A stretch of DNA of 20,000 bases from an uncultured virus (IMG/VR IMGVR_UViG_3300035208_006940) (IMGVR_UViG_3300035208_006940); one strand, 5' to 3'. Counted from the stretch's first letter, positions 9,283 through 17,507 are shown. Numbers and translations are program-made. Notes: a model not told the origin generated them from the sequence alone.

Positions 9283-9617
9283 TGGCGAAGAAGCCGGTTA
9301 GAAAGAAGCCCAAGAGGGTCGTGCACACGCACCTCATCCGTTGCGAGGAGTGCGAGGCCTGTAGGATCACCCTGGAGCAACTGGAGCTACGCTGCCAGGC
9401 GAAGATCAACATTCGGCAGTGGAACACAGTACTGCTGCAAAACCCTTGTCGCGAGTGGGACAAGCCATTGCTTCGTGCCCTGTTCAAGGTCATCCTACAG
9501 GCCAACTGCGACGTACGACCGTCCAAGTCTGTGTTACGAGCGTTCGCCGAGAAACACGGGTTGGAGGACATGCTCCCCACAGTAGCCTCCGAGGAGAAAG
9601 ATGGAGATCAAGACTAA
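9282..9617 (+). CDS. hypothetical basic protein with CxxCxxC motif
   Basis: TGATG stop/start overlap; MAKKPVRKKPK..HLIRCEECEAC. Confidence 0.75.
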   Translation: MAKKPVRKKPKRVVHTHLIRCEECEACRITLEQLELRCQAKINIRQWNTVLLQNPCREWDKPLLRALFKVILQANCDVRPSKSVLRAFAEKHGLEDMLPTVASEEKDGDQD

Positions 9618-9921
9618 GTTCGCCCCGGGCGACTGGATCTTCGTGGTGTCGCTCCAGGGCGATGGCGCGGCAGTGCCCAGGGACTCGACTTTCGCAATTC
9701 ACGGGCCTTACGAGGTCAAGGAAGTCCAAATCAAACGGGGCGATGAAAACTACGTTCGCTACTTGAACTGGGGCAGCGGCTGCTACCCCGAGTCGCGGGC
9801 GTTTGCCTCACCCGCGGAGGCCGCAGCAGGCCTGATGCGGCTACTTGCCGAGTGCCGTAACCCGGCCTACGACATGTTCATCAAGGCAGGTGTCAACTTC
9901 TCCAATTACGCGGAGGCGTGA
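9601..9921 (+). CDS. hypothetical protein
   Basis: GAGGAG RBS; MEIKTKFAPGDWIF start typical of small phage beta-barrel proteins. Confidence 0.8.
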   Translation: MEIKTKFAPGDWIFVVSLQGDGAAVPRDSTFAIHGPYEVKEVQIKRGDENYVRYLNWGSGCYPESRAFASPAEAAAGLMRLLAECRNPAYDMFIKAGVNFSNYAEA

Positions 9922-9925
9922 GCAC

Positions 9926-10758
9926 GTGAGCAAGAAACGACCCCTGAGTCCTAAGGCTGCCAAGGATCGGCAGCACTTCTTCCAGGGCAAGGCAGCCCAG
10001 CTGAAGATCAGGCGACTGGAGCAGGAGATCGATGGCTGGAGGGCCCACTACCTTTCCAAGGAGAAAGAGTACAAGGACGCGCTGACGCATCCGTGGCGGA
10101 TGGAGACGCTCCTGCAATCATGGACGCACGAACTGAACCGCTACGGGATCGGCCTTGAGGTCGTCAACGAGCACGTGGCGTTCACTCGGGGAGCATTGCG
10201 GGTCACGCTGCGGATCGAGTCTGTGGTCAAGTACGGGCTGCTGACGATCATTCGCATGTTTGACCATGTGCCCCGACCAGCGGAGGCCGCGGGGTTGATC
10301 CGCAATCACATCAACGGGAAGGACCCCGCTACTATCTGCTGGAGTGCAAGGAGTACGTGGAGCTGTGCAGGGTTGCTCTGCCCCGCGCGTGGATCCAGAC
10401 GATCCGTGACGACCAGACGCCGCCGGTCAGCCGCGATGACCTGCTGCGAAAACACGCGGGATTCCCCTATCGTGTGGGACGGGGATGCCCCGTGGGGTAC
10501 GTGGTCGTTTACATCAAGGACGGCTGGGTGTGGGCCGGTGCCTCCATGCAGCATCCCCGCGACCAGTTCAATCGTTGGATCGGTCAGGCGGAGGCGTTCC
10601 GGTCGGCAATCGAGATCATCCGCGTGGATGATCCGAAGTACGTCGTGCCGTCGACTGCCGACTTGCTCAAGTTCCCCGCAGACTCGCGTCGGGCCGTGCA
10701 GTACATCATCCAGCAAGTGCGTGCGAGGCTTGCGAAGACCGCGGCGGTCGCGGAGTAG
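9926..10758 (+). CDS. hypothetical protein, apparently split by a frameshift at CCCC 10324-10327
   Basis: GGAGG RBS, GTG 9926 (MSKKRPLSPK...). After NGKDP this frame becomes low-quality sequence, while the -1 frame reads PRYYLLECKEYVELCR... to TAG 10758. One extra C joins them. Confidence 0.6.
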
Positions 10759-10766
10759 GAGCCACG

Positions 10767-11201
10767 ATGACGGCGTTTACAAAGACTCTATCTCTGACAC
10801 GCGACGAAGCCACGGGAATGCTCAAGTTCCTGGGCGACACCAGCGTGTCCTTTTCTATCCTGTACACCTCGGGCAGGTACATCCTGAACTACGGAGACTC
10901 TTCCGAGGAGGCGGTGAACATCGCGTACAGGAAGTCGCGGTTCGGTCCAGAGCAGGCCGAGACCGACAAGTCTTTGGACCGCGTGCTGCCCACGGTCCCC
11001 GAGAGCGTCTCCGACGCGTTGTTCGAGATTGCCCAGGCGATCAAGGGCGCCGGAGTGGCGTTCAAGGGGCTGGAGGACATCGCGGCGCAGATGGGTAATC
11101 TTTCCGACTCGTTCGACAGCCTGGCGAAGGCTGTCGCACCCAAGCCGCCCAAGAAAGGATTCCGCCGGACCGAGTCAGGCTGGCGGAAGGATCGCAAATG
11201 A
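10767..11201 (+). CDS. hypothetical protein
   Basis: AGGAG RBS, 144 aa, ATGA overlap with the next gene. Confidence 0.8.
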   Translation: MTAFTKTLSLTRDEATGMLKFLGDTSVSFSILYTSGRYILNYGDSSEEAVNIAYRKSRFGPEQAETDKSLDRVLPTVPESVSDALFEIAQAIKGAGVAFKGLEDIAAQMGNLSDSFDSLAKAVAPKPPKKGFRRTESGWRKDRK

Positions 11202-11392
11202 GCACAGCAGGCAAGTCGAGGGATGTAGGCGATCCGGTTCAGTACGTCGCCTACGTACTGGAGGGCGTTCCCCAGATTCGCACGGCGACGCTCGTGAGCG
11301 AGGGGACGCATCAGCTCTGCCTGGCGAGAGACGGACGAGTGTTTTTCATATCTGTGGGGGCACTGGAAAAACAAGATCCGGGGAAGAAATAA
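11198..11392 (+). CDS. hypothetical protein
   Basis: AAGGA RBS; ATGA and TAATG overlaps with both neighbours. Confidence 0.65.
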   Translation: MSTAGKSRDVGDPVQYVAYVLEGVPQIRTATLVSEGTHQLCLARDGRVFFISVGALEKQDPGKK

Positions 11393-11700
11393 TGCAAAGC
11401 ATGCCTCACCCCAAACTGCCCGGCGTGTTCGTTACGAGCCCGATCTACATTGCACCCGCCTCCGAGTTCCTCAAGATGGCCCGCTGTGCTCATCAGTGGC
11501 CAGAGGGCCTGCCGGACAACATGGAGGAGGTGCCCGGCGGATATTTGTCGGGCTACCAGAAGTGCGCTTGCTGCGGGGCTTCCCGTGGCATCTACAAGAA
11601 ACAGGAGCCACCGGCCGACGCCGGGGCATTGTCGGAAAACAGCACGGAGGCTACCATAGACCCCTTAGGCCAGCAGAACAAAGGCACGGAAGAAACATGA
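11392..11700 (+). CDS. hypothetical Zn-ribbon protein
   Basis: TAATG overlap; CAHQW...QKCACCG motif. Confidence 0.65.
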   Translation: MQSMPHPKLPGVFVTSPIYIAPASEFLKMARCAHQWPEGLPDNMEEVPGGYLSGYQKCACCGASRGIYKKQEPPADAGALSENSTEATIDPLGQQNKGTEET

Positions 11701-12329
11701 GCGAGGAAAAGGTACTGGTCATTCCCCGGTCGATCATGGAGATTGTCCTCGGTCCGTTCGAGGGTTTCCGCAACCACATCGACCCCACGATGCAAGTTGC
11801 CCTCACTGCGTACGGTAACGCCCGGTTCGTCCTTCGCGACGAAGCCGAGAAGAACAGGATGCTCAAGCAGCTGATCCCCTACGTGATCTTCGAGCATCGC
11901 GAAGACGGTGGCCCGCCGTGGCTCTACAACTACCGCCGCACCAGCAACCAGGGCGAGTCCCGGCTGCACGGCAAGCGGAGCATCGGAGTCGGCGGGCACA
12001 TCAACCCGTGTGACCTTGATGGCGGCGCGGGCCTATACCAAGCAGGCTTGTTCCGCGAACTGCGGGAGGAGCTGTGCTTGCCGGACGGCGAGCTGGAGTC
12101 CGTGCCCTTGGTCGGGGTTATCAACTACGAGAGCGACGAGGTGGGCAGGGTGCATCTGGGACTGGTGCACCGGGTGTGCGTCCGGCACCAGTCGGCCGTG
12201 GTGCCGCGGGAGCCGGAGAACATCACCCAGACAGGATTCAATCCGGCCACCGAGCTGCTGGCCCACATATCCGAGTTCGAGACCTGGTCCCAGGAGTGCC
12301 TGAAGGCGCTGTACGGCACGAAGCCCTAG
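11697..12329 (+). CDS. Nudix-family phosphoesterase (COG4112-like)
   Basis: KQLIPY, GESRLHGKRSIGVGGHIN, RELREEL, VGRVHLG and FETWS motifs. Confidence 0.85.
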   Translation: MSEEKVLVIPRSIMEIVLGPFEGFRNHIDPTMQVALTAYGNARFVLRDEAEKNRMLKQLIPYVIFEHREDGGPPWLYNYRRTSNQGESRLHGKRSIGVGGHINPCDLDGGAGLYQAGLFRELREELCLPDGELESVPLVGVINYESDEVGRVHLGLVHRVCVRHQSAVVPREPENITQTGFNPATELLAHISEFETWSQECLKALYGTKP

Positions 12330-12357
12330 CAGTCGACGTCGAGTCAAGGAGGACGCA

Positions 12358-12891
12358 ATGCGTGATCGAAGCATGCTTCAGCTGCGGAAGCGAGGCTCCA
12401 CAGACCCCATGTACGCTCCTGCCCGCGATGTTACCTACCTGTTCCCCGAGGTGGTCAAGGCAGTGGCGGGAATGCTGGAAGACGAGAAGGAGCCGGACAT
12501 CCATGACTGGCTCAAGGACAAGGGGGTGACGATGGACATGCTTGGGGACGCAGCGGGAGCGTTCTGTACGTTTATGAACCTTGCTCACGAAGACCCCAAG
12601 GAGAACATGGAGCGTGCGTTGGAGCGAGCGGGGTGGTTCAAGGTTCCTGCCCCGGCTCGCTTTGCGTACGTGTACTACCTCGGCACCTGCATGGCCGGGA
12701 CATTTTTCATGGGCATCCGGGATGTGATTCGGCTGGGCCAGCCCACGTTGGCCACCATTGAGCAGCTGGGGTGGGCTGCCAAACGGGCACGGCTGTACAC
12801 CCGCATGTCGCGGTGGCAGCGCTTCCTTTACCGTTGGTTTGAACCATGGCGCAAGAGCCGCTGGCGGAAACATCGGATCCGAGAGAGCTGA
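12358..12891 (+). CDS. hypothetical protein
   Basis: Perfect AAGGAGG RBS; 177 aa. Confidence 0.85.
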   Translation: MRDRSMLQLRKRGSTDPMYAPARDVTYLFPEVVKAVAGMLEDEKEPDIHDWLKDKGVTMDMLGDAAGAFCTFMNLAHEDPKENMERALERAGWFKVPAPARFAYVYYLGTCMAGTFFMGIRDVIRLGQPTLATIEQLGWAAKRARLYTRMSRWQRFLYRWFEPWRKSRWRKHRIRES

Positions 12892-12905
12892 GAAAGAGAA
12901 CGAAG

Positions 12906-13619
12906 ATGGCCCTGCAAAAGTGGAGTGCACACCTCAAGCGGCAGTTCGGTGACGCGATCCCTCGCGACTACTGCTGCTTCGACATGGAGACCAGCGGGCT
13001 CAAGATCGACTGGGATCTGCCGCTGGAGATTGGCCATGTCATCGTTCGCGATGCTCGGCCGGTGCACCAGGATGCTCACATTCTCAACTGGGCAGACCAC
13101 TCCTCGGTCCAGGTCGAGTGGCTGGAAGATCGGATGGCGCGATGTCGTGAGCAGATGGCGTCCAAGGGCCAGCACTATCGTTTCACGATTGACCTGCTGC
13201 GCAAGGAAGGGCAGCCCCCGGAGAAGATTCTGGAGTTCTACCGCAAATTGTTCTTGGCGAATCGCGAAGCGGGCGCCTTCTTCGTCGGACACAACGCCTG
13301 GAACTTCGACAGCGAGATGCTGTGTCATTGCTTCAATGAGTACCTGGGCCAGGAGTTCGAGTTCGAGTCCAGCGAACTGCTGGACACGGGTACGCTGGCC
13401 AAGGCGGTGCAGCTGGGCATCCTGCCCGACGCGGGCGAGACCATGAAAGCCTACGCTGTGCGGATCCGCGCCATCTGGGCCAAGGGCATTCGCTGGAACA
13501 TGGACTACTGCCTGACTGCCTACGGCCTTGTGGAGAAGCACGGCCTGGACCTGTCCAAGTGCCACACGGCGGGCTTCGACGCCTACGCCTGCCACCTCTT
13601 GTTTGAGGAGAACCGATGA
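12906..13619 (+). CDS. DEDDh 3'-5' exonuclease (DnaQ / Pol III epsilon-like)
   Basis: ExoI FDMETSG, ExoII VGHNAWNFDS, ExoIII HTAGFDA. Confidence 0.9.
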   Translation: MALQKWSAHLKRQFGDAIPRDYCCFDMETSGLKIDWDLPLEIGHVIVRDARPVHQDAHILNWADHSSVQVEWLEDRMARCREQMASKGQHYRFTIDLLRKEGQPPEKILEFYRKLFLANREAGAFFVGHNAWNFDSEMLCHCFNEYLGQEFEFESSELLDTGTLAKAVQLGILPDAGETMKAYAVRIRAIWAKGIRWNMDYCLTAYGLVEKHGLDLSKCHTAGFDAYACHLLFEENR

Positions 13620-14248
13620 AAGGGCCAGAGCACCTGGCGATCGACCCCGGCGACCAGGAATCGGGATGGGTGCGGTTCAGACTTGCACCGAAGAAACCGG
13701 GGGGCATTGAGATCCTGGCAGCGGGGATCACCGAGAACCGCACATTGCGTCTGGCGATGAAGGACATGCCCAAGCCGCTGCGAGGCACGCTGTCGATTGA
13801 GATGCCCAAGGCACAGGGAATGGCAGTGGCGAACGAGGTCTTCGCTACGTGCGTCGAGATCGGCCGTTTTCTGCAGACGTGGGGCGGGCTCAACTGGAGC
13901 TACATCTTCCGCGGACATGTGAAGCTGGCTATCTGCGGGGCCCCCAATGCCAAGGACCCCAACGTCCGCATGGCACTGATCGACGAGTTCGGGGGCGAGA
14001 AGGAAGCCATCGGCGGCAAGAAGTGCCCCAAGTGCAAGGGCAAGTGCTGGATCGGTCGCGATCATGATCCGTGCGAGGCGTGCGAGGACTCTCCTGGCTG
14101 GCAGTACCCGCCGGGGCCCCTCAAGGAGTTTCACGACGATATGTGGGCCGCGTTGGCAGTGGCCATCACTTGGGCGAAGGAGCAGCCCAAAACGCATTTT
14201 CTCTCCGCGTCCAACAAGACGTCGAAGCGGAAGAAATTACGCACGTAA
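13616..14248 (+). CDS. RuvC-like Holliday junction resolvase with Zn-finger insertion
   Basis: LAIDPG, LSIE, VKLAICG..NAKD and DDMWAALAVA RNase H-fold motifs; inserted CPKCKG...CEAC. Confidence 0.8.
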   Translation: MKGPEHLAIDPGDQESGWVRFRLAPKKPGGIEILAAGITENRTLRLAMKDMPKPLRGTLSIEMPKAQGMAVANEVFATCVEIGRFLQTWGGLNWSYIFRGHVKLAICGAPNAKDPNVRMALIDEFGGEKEAIGGKKCPKCKGKCWIGRDHDPCEACEDSPGWQYPPGPLKEFHDDMWAALAVAITWAKEQPKTHFLSASNKTSKRKKLRT

Positions 14249-14256
14249 GGAATATC

Positions 14257-14826
14257 TTGAGCCTCCGTGATGAACTTCAACGCACCGTGTGCGATTGTGC
14301 CCGGTGCGTCGCTTGTTGTCGGGCCAAGCCGGGCGTGCTGGGGGTCGGTGATCTCAACCTGATTCTCAAGCAGTACGCTGTCAAAGAGATTGGGCTGACG
14401 CCCGGTCGCGTGACCAACGAGTGGATTCTGGGCCACTTCGAGGCCTCCGAAGGTGCCGTGGCCGCACGCAAGACGCGCCATGGAATCGACTATCTACGTA
14501 TCCCGACCATCGTGCCGCGACTGACGGACACTGGCTGCGTGTTTCTCCGGGACAACCGTTGCCTGGTGCACGACGTGGCTCCGATGGGGTGTGCCTTTCT
14601 CGATTTGCATATCCCCCATGATGAAGGTCGACGGATCTCCACGTTGATCCACCGCGATATTCTGGCGAACCCGGACGTGGAGCAACAGGTCTACCGGGGA
14701 ACGTGGTTGTACTTACACCAGCATGGTCGCAATGCCCGGCCGCTCCGGGAACGCCAGGACCACCTGGACGAGCTGCTGCACATGCTGGACCAGGAAGAGG
14801 CTAATTCGGGGTCGTCGCGACCCTGA
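14257..14826 (+). CDS. YkgJ/FliB-like Cys-cluster (Zn/Fe-S) protein
   Basis: TAAGGA RBS with TTG 14257; CDCARCVACC ... GCVFLRDNRCLVHDVAPMGC pattern. Confidence 0.8.
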   Translation: MSLRDELQRTVCDCARCVACCRAKPGVLGVGDLNLILKQYAVKEIGLTPGRVTNEWILGHFEASEGAVAARKTRHGIDYLRIPTIVPRLTDTGCVFLRDNRCLVHDVAPMGCAFLDLHIPHDEGRRISTLIHRDILANPDVEQQVYRGTWLYLHQHGRNARPLRERQDHLDELLHMLDQEEANSGSSRP

Positions 14827-14863
14827 GCCGTTGTCACCCTGTTTCATTGGAAGGAGTTCTGCT

Positions 14864-14968
14864 ATGGGTCGTGTCGATCCCGATTCCACCCCCGTCACCC
14901 CTGCCGCGGTCGAAGAAGTCAAGCAGGCCGAGACGGAATCGCCCAAGGAAGAGCCGAAGGCGGAGTAG
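14864..14968 (+). CDS. small acidic peptide (34 aa)
   Basis: AAGGAG RBS 7 nt before ATG; MGRVDPDSTPVTPAAVEEVKQAETESPKEEPKAE*. Confidence 0.5.
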   Translation: MGRVDPDSTPVTPAAVEEVKQAETESPKEEPKAE

Positions 14969-14984
14969 CGTCGACTGAGCGCTC

Positions 14985-15060
14985 GTGCGGCGGCGCGGTA
15001 CACGGGATGGTGCCAGTACTCCCACTCCGTTTAGCTGATGAGGCGACCGCGTCGCCGCAC
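14985..15060 (+). other. structured intergenic element (15-bp stem enclosing a 46-nt branched loop)
   Basis: GTGCGGCGGCGCGGT (14985-14999) pairs with ACCGCGTCGCCGCAC (15046-15060), one G-U pair. Confidence 0.55.
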
Positions 15061-15098
15061 TGGTTTTGCAATCTCTCACTCTCAAGAAAGGCATATCC

Positions 15099-15800
15099 AT
15101 GAACTTCCCCAGCTTCGATAAGGTCGGTGAAAAACTCGTCAACCGTTTCTTCCGCCGCGTGGATGAGGTCGTGTGGGACCTCATGTCCGGCCGCGTCGGC
15201 GTCCGTACTAGCGACAACGAGATCGCCACGCTGGACGGCGAAGGCGACGCAGCCGAGGTGGTGATCAACCCCTTCGGCGAGTTCGGCGTGCCCGTCCCCG
15301 CGTTCGCCCAGTCGGTGCCCGTCACCGACATCAAGCAGGGCGACTTGATTTACAACGCCAAGAAGGTGCTGGGCTGGGTCATCGGCACACCCAACTTCGA
15401 CGCCACCGGCAAGAAGAAGATCACCCGTACGTTCAAGCTCCTGAAGCCGGACGGCACACGCGGCGAGTGGAGCCCGGCCAAGCTCAGCAGCATGGGCCTG
15501 GACCTCTCGGGTGCGATGGTCCTCCGCAGCTTGATCAACATGCTCCCCGGCTCCGGTCTGGGTGGGTTGCAGGGCATGCTGATGCCGATGCTGATGATGG
15601 GTGGGGATCTGGGCGACATGGAGCAAATCATGCCCATGATGCTCATGAGCCAGATGGGCATGATGGGCGGCGCGGGTGGTGCGGCCGCTGCGAACCCGAT
15701 GGCTGGGATGTTCCAGATGATGATGTTCAGCAAGATGATGAGCGGCAAGAGCGGTTCGTCAGCCAAGCCGGGCACCAGCTCCAACTTCTTCGACCGCTAG
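15099..15800 (+). CDS. hypothetical protein with Met/Gly-rich low-complexity C-terminus
   Basis: AAAGG RBS, ATG 15099; strong codon bias; GMLMPMLMMGG...MFQMMMFSKMM tail. Confidence 0.85.
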   Translation: MNFPSFDKVGEKLVNRFFRRVDEVVWDLMSGRVGVRTSDNEIATLDGEGDAAEVVINPFGEFGVPVPAFAQSVPVTDIKQGDLIYNAKKVLGWVIGTPNFDATGKKKITRTFKLLKPDGTRGEWSPAKLSSMGLDLSGAMVLRSLINMLPGSGLGGLQGMLMPMLMMGGDLGDMEQIMPMMLMSQMGMMGGAGGAAAANPMAGMFQMMMFSKMMSGKSGSSAKPGTSSNFFDR

Positions 15801-15855
15801 TCGGACTCGCGGTCGGCGGGCACTGTTTCCAGTTTCGCAAGGAAAGGACCAATCA

Positions 15856-16752
15856 ATGGGTTACGGCAAGTATTCCGATACGGCCTACAGGGAGTTCGCT
15901 ACGAAGAGCGCAGCGACGCCACGTCACGAACTGTTTCATCGCGGGACCAAGGACGCTCCGGTCCGCAGCGGCCAGGAAGTCAACATCGAGAAAATCAAGT
16001 ACCGGGAGAGCCGCGACTCCGCGGACCATCCCTGCAGCACGCCACTGATGGTCGGCCTCGACGTCACCGGCTCGATGGGCATGATCCCCGAGTACATGGT
16101 CAAGGAGGGCTTGGGGCCGTTCGTGGGCCAGACGCTGCAACGGAAGCCGATCACCGATCCGCACTTGCTGTTCATGGCCATTGGTGACGCTACGCAGCGG
16201 GACGAGCAGCCGTTGCAGGCCACGCAGTTCGAGTCGGACAATTGCATCGTCGACCAGCTCACCGATCTCTACCTGGAGGGCGGTGGCGGCGGTAACCACT
16301 TCGAGTCGTACGACTTGGCGTGGGCCTTCGCGGCCTATCGCACGCGGACCGACGCGTGGGAGAAGCGGCAGGCCAAAGGCTACCTGTTCACCATCGGCGA
16401 CGAGTGCTTTCCGGGAGAGACGTCCGAGAGCTACCTGCGGAAGATCTTCGGTGCAGACTGCCCGCAATCGCCCTCCCCGGATTCGTTGCTGGCGGCGGCC
16501 CAGGAACGCTATCACGTGTTCCACGTGATCATTGCCGAGGGCAACTATTGCCGCGGCGACGGGCTGCAACGGGCGACCGCGAGCTGGCGGGAGAAGTTGC
16601 AGAAGCGGGCTCTGGTGATCGACAACTACCGGCGTACGGCTGAGCTGTTGGTCAGCGCCATGGCTGTCAACGAGGGGATGCCAGTCGGAGATGTGCTGGA
16701 CTGGTGGTCTCAGGACGTAGCCGGAGTCGTGGCCAAGGCCCTGGGAGCCTAG
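15856..16752 (+). CDS. von Willebrand factor A (VWA) domain protein
   Basis: MIDAS motif GLDVTGSMG; IGDA; LEGGGGGNHFESY; FTIGDE; AAAGGA RBS. Confidence 0.85.
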   Translation: MGYGKYSDTAYREFATKSAATPRHELFHRGTKDAPVRSGQEVNIEKIKYRESRDSADHPCSTPLMVGLDVTGSMGMIPEYMVKEGLGPFVGQTLQRKPITDPHLLFMAIGDATQRDEQPLQATQFESDNCIVDQLTDLYLEGGGGGNHFESYDLAWAFAAYRTRTDAWEKRQAKGYLFTIGDECFPGETSESYLRKIFGADCPQSPSPDSLLAAAQERYHVFHVIIAEGNYCRGDGLQRATASWREKLQKRALVIDNYRRTAELLVSAMAVNEGMPVGDVLDWWSQDVAGVVAKALGA

Positions 16753-16783
16753 CAAATCACTGGCCCGGATGGGCCAGGTAGCC

Positions 16784-16907
16784 AAGAAGCAGCGGCGTGT
16801 CGCGTCACGCGCTGAAGGTGGAGTAAGCCTGCAAGGCCCACTTAGGCAAGTGCCGAGCGAAAGCTTTTGTGCGCAATACGGCCGGTAGCCAATCCGGCCT
16901 GCTTCTT
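16784..16907 (+). ncRNA. candidate structured, tRNA-like ncRNA of unknown class
   Basis: 9-bp closing stem AAGAAGCAG/CTGCTTCTT stacked on a GCCGG-TAGCCAAT-CCGGC arm; internal hairpins GCGTG/CACGC, GGTGG/CCACT and AGC-GAAA-GCT; followed by a T-rich tract. Confidence 0.45.
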
Positions 16908-16927
16908 TTCCTTTCTTCGGAGATCAC

Positions 16928-17161
16928 ATGGCCAAGAAAAAACAGCAGAGGCAGGCGAAAGTCTGTCGCGGCATTCCTACCACAGTTCTCTACAGCGCCG
17001 AAGACTTGCGAACGGTCAAGATGGCAGCCCTCTCTGTCGGACTGCCCAAGCGAGAGTTTGTACGGCAGGAGTCGGTGAAGGCGGCGTTGAAGATAATGCA
17101 CTCGGCACTGCCGAAGATTCGGGCTAGTGCAGACAGAAAGAGCGAACCTTCTCGACCGTAG
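16928..17161 (+). CDS. ribbon-helix-helix-like DNA-binding protein
   Basis: GGAG RBS; PTTVLYSAEDLRTVKMAALSVGLPKREFVRQESVKAA fits the strand-helix-G-helix RHH pattern. Confidence 0.6.
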   Translation: MAKKKQQRQAKVCRGIPTTVLYSAEDLRTVKMAALSVGLPKREFVRQESVKAALKIMHSALPKIRASADRKSEPSRP

Positions 17162-17168
17162 TAGTGTC

Positions 17169-17197
17169 TTTACAGCGGGGAGGCTCTGTGCTACAAC
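17169..17197 (+). promoter_or_regulatory. sigma70-like promoter upstream of the Y RNA array
   Basis: -35 TTTACA (17169-17174), 17-nt spacer, extended TGn, -10 TACAAC (17192-17197); 22 nt upstream of unit 1. Confidence 0.55.
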
Positions 17198-17219
17198 ATC
17201 CTCCCGCACGAGACAATAC

Positions 17220-17346
17220 AGTCCTGTGGCGTACAGATCTCGGGTACTTCGTGAGAAGATGATTGGTTCGATTCCAGTTTCGCTGCCGCCTTCAACGGTG
17301 GCGAAGTGCAAGGAGCACACCCCGAGCCTGGCCTGTTCCCAGGACT
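17220..17346 (+). ncRNA. Y RNA-like unit 1 (degenerate permuted tRNA-like module)
   Basis: Closing stem AGTCCTG/CAGGACT; TGGCG, TACTTCG, GTTCC; T arm ATTGG-TTCGATT-CCAGT; closed acceptor-like hairpin TTCGCTGCCG/CGGTGGCGAA; mini D arm GTGC/GCAC. Confidence 0.75.
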
Positions 17347-17353
17347 TTGATAC

Positions 17354-17501
17354 ACGCGGCATGGCGTTAGGTGATACATACTTCGGTTAATCTTTGGGCC
17401 GTTGGTTCGAGTCCAACCTCCCCCGCTCAGTGATGTTCGGGGGAGTAGCTCAGTTGGCTAGAGCAAAAGACATGAAGTTTCACCGCCTGTTCCTGCCGCG
17501 T
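17354..17501 (+). ncRNA. Y RNA-like unit 2 (YrlA-type, permuted tRNA mimic)
   Basis: Closing stem ACGCGGCA/TGCCGCGT; T arm GTTGG-TTCGAGT-CCAAC precedes acceptor CTCCCCC/GGGGGAG and D arm TA-GCTC-AGTTGGCTA-GAGC; upstream of Ro60. Confidence 0.85.
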
Positions 17502-17507
17502 AACGTA

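Noticed and set aside
9845..11098. 417-aa ORF as a single real protein
   Set aside because: The 3' two-thirds overlaps two better-supported genes and reads as off-frame sequence; a frameshift at 10324-10327 explains it better.
13616..14248. TnpB/Cas12-like RNA-guided nuclease
   Set aside because: The protein is too short, has no REC/WED/bridge-helix region and no adjacent ncRNA or transposon ends; its motifs fit a stand-alone phage RuvC-like resolvase.
15035..15045. Hammerhead ribozyme (CTGATGAG)
   Set aside because: No GAAA core strand is found in a position compatible with any hammerhead permutation.
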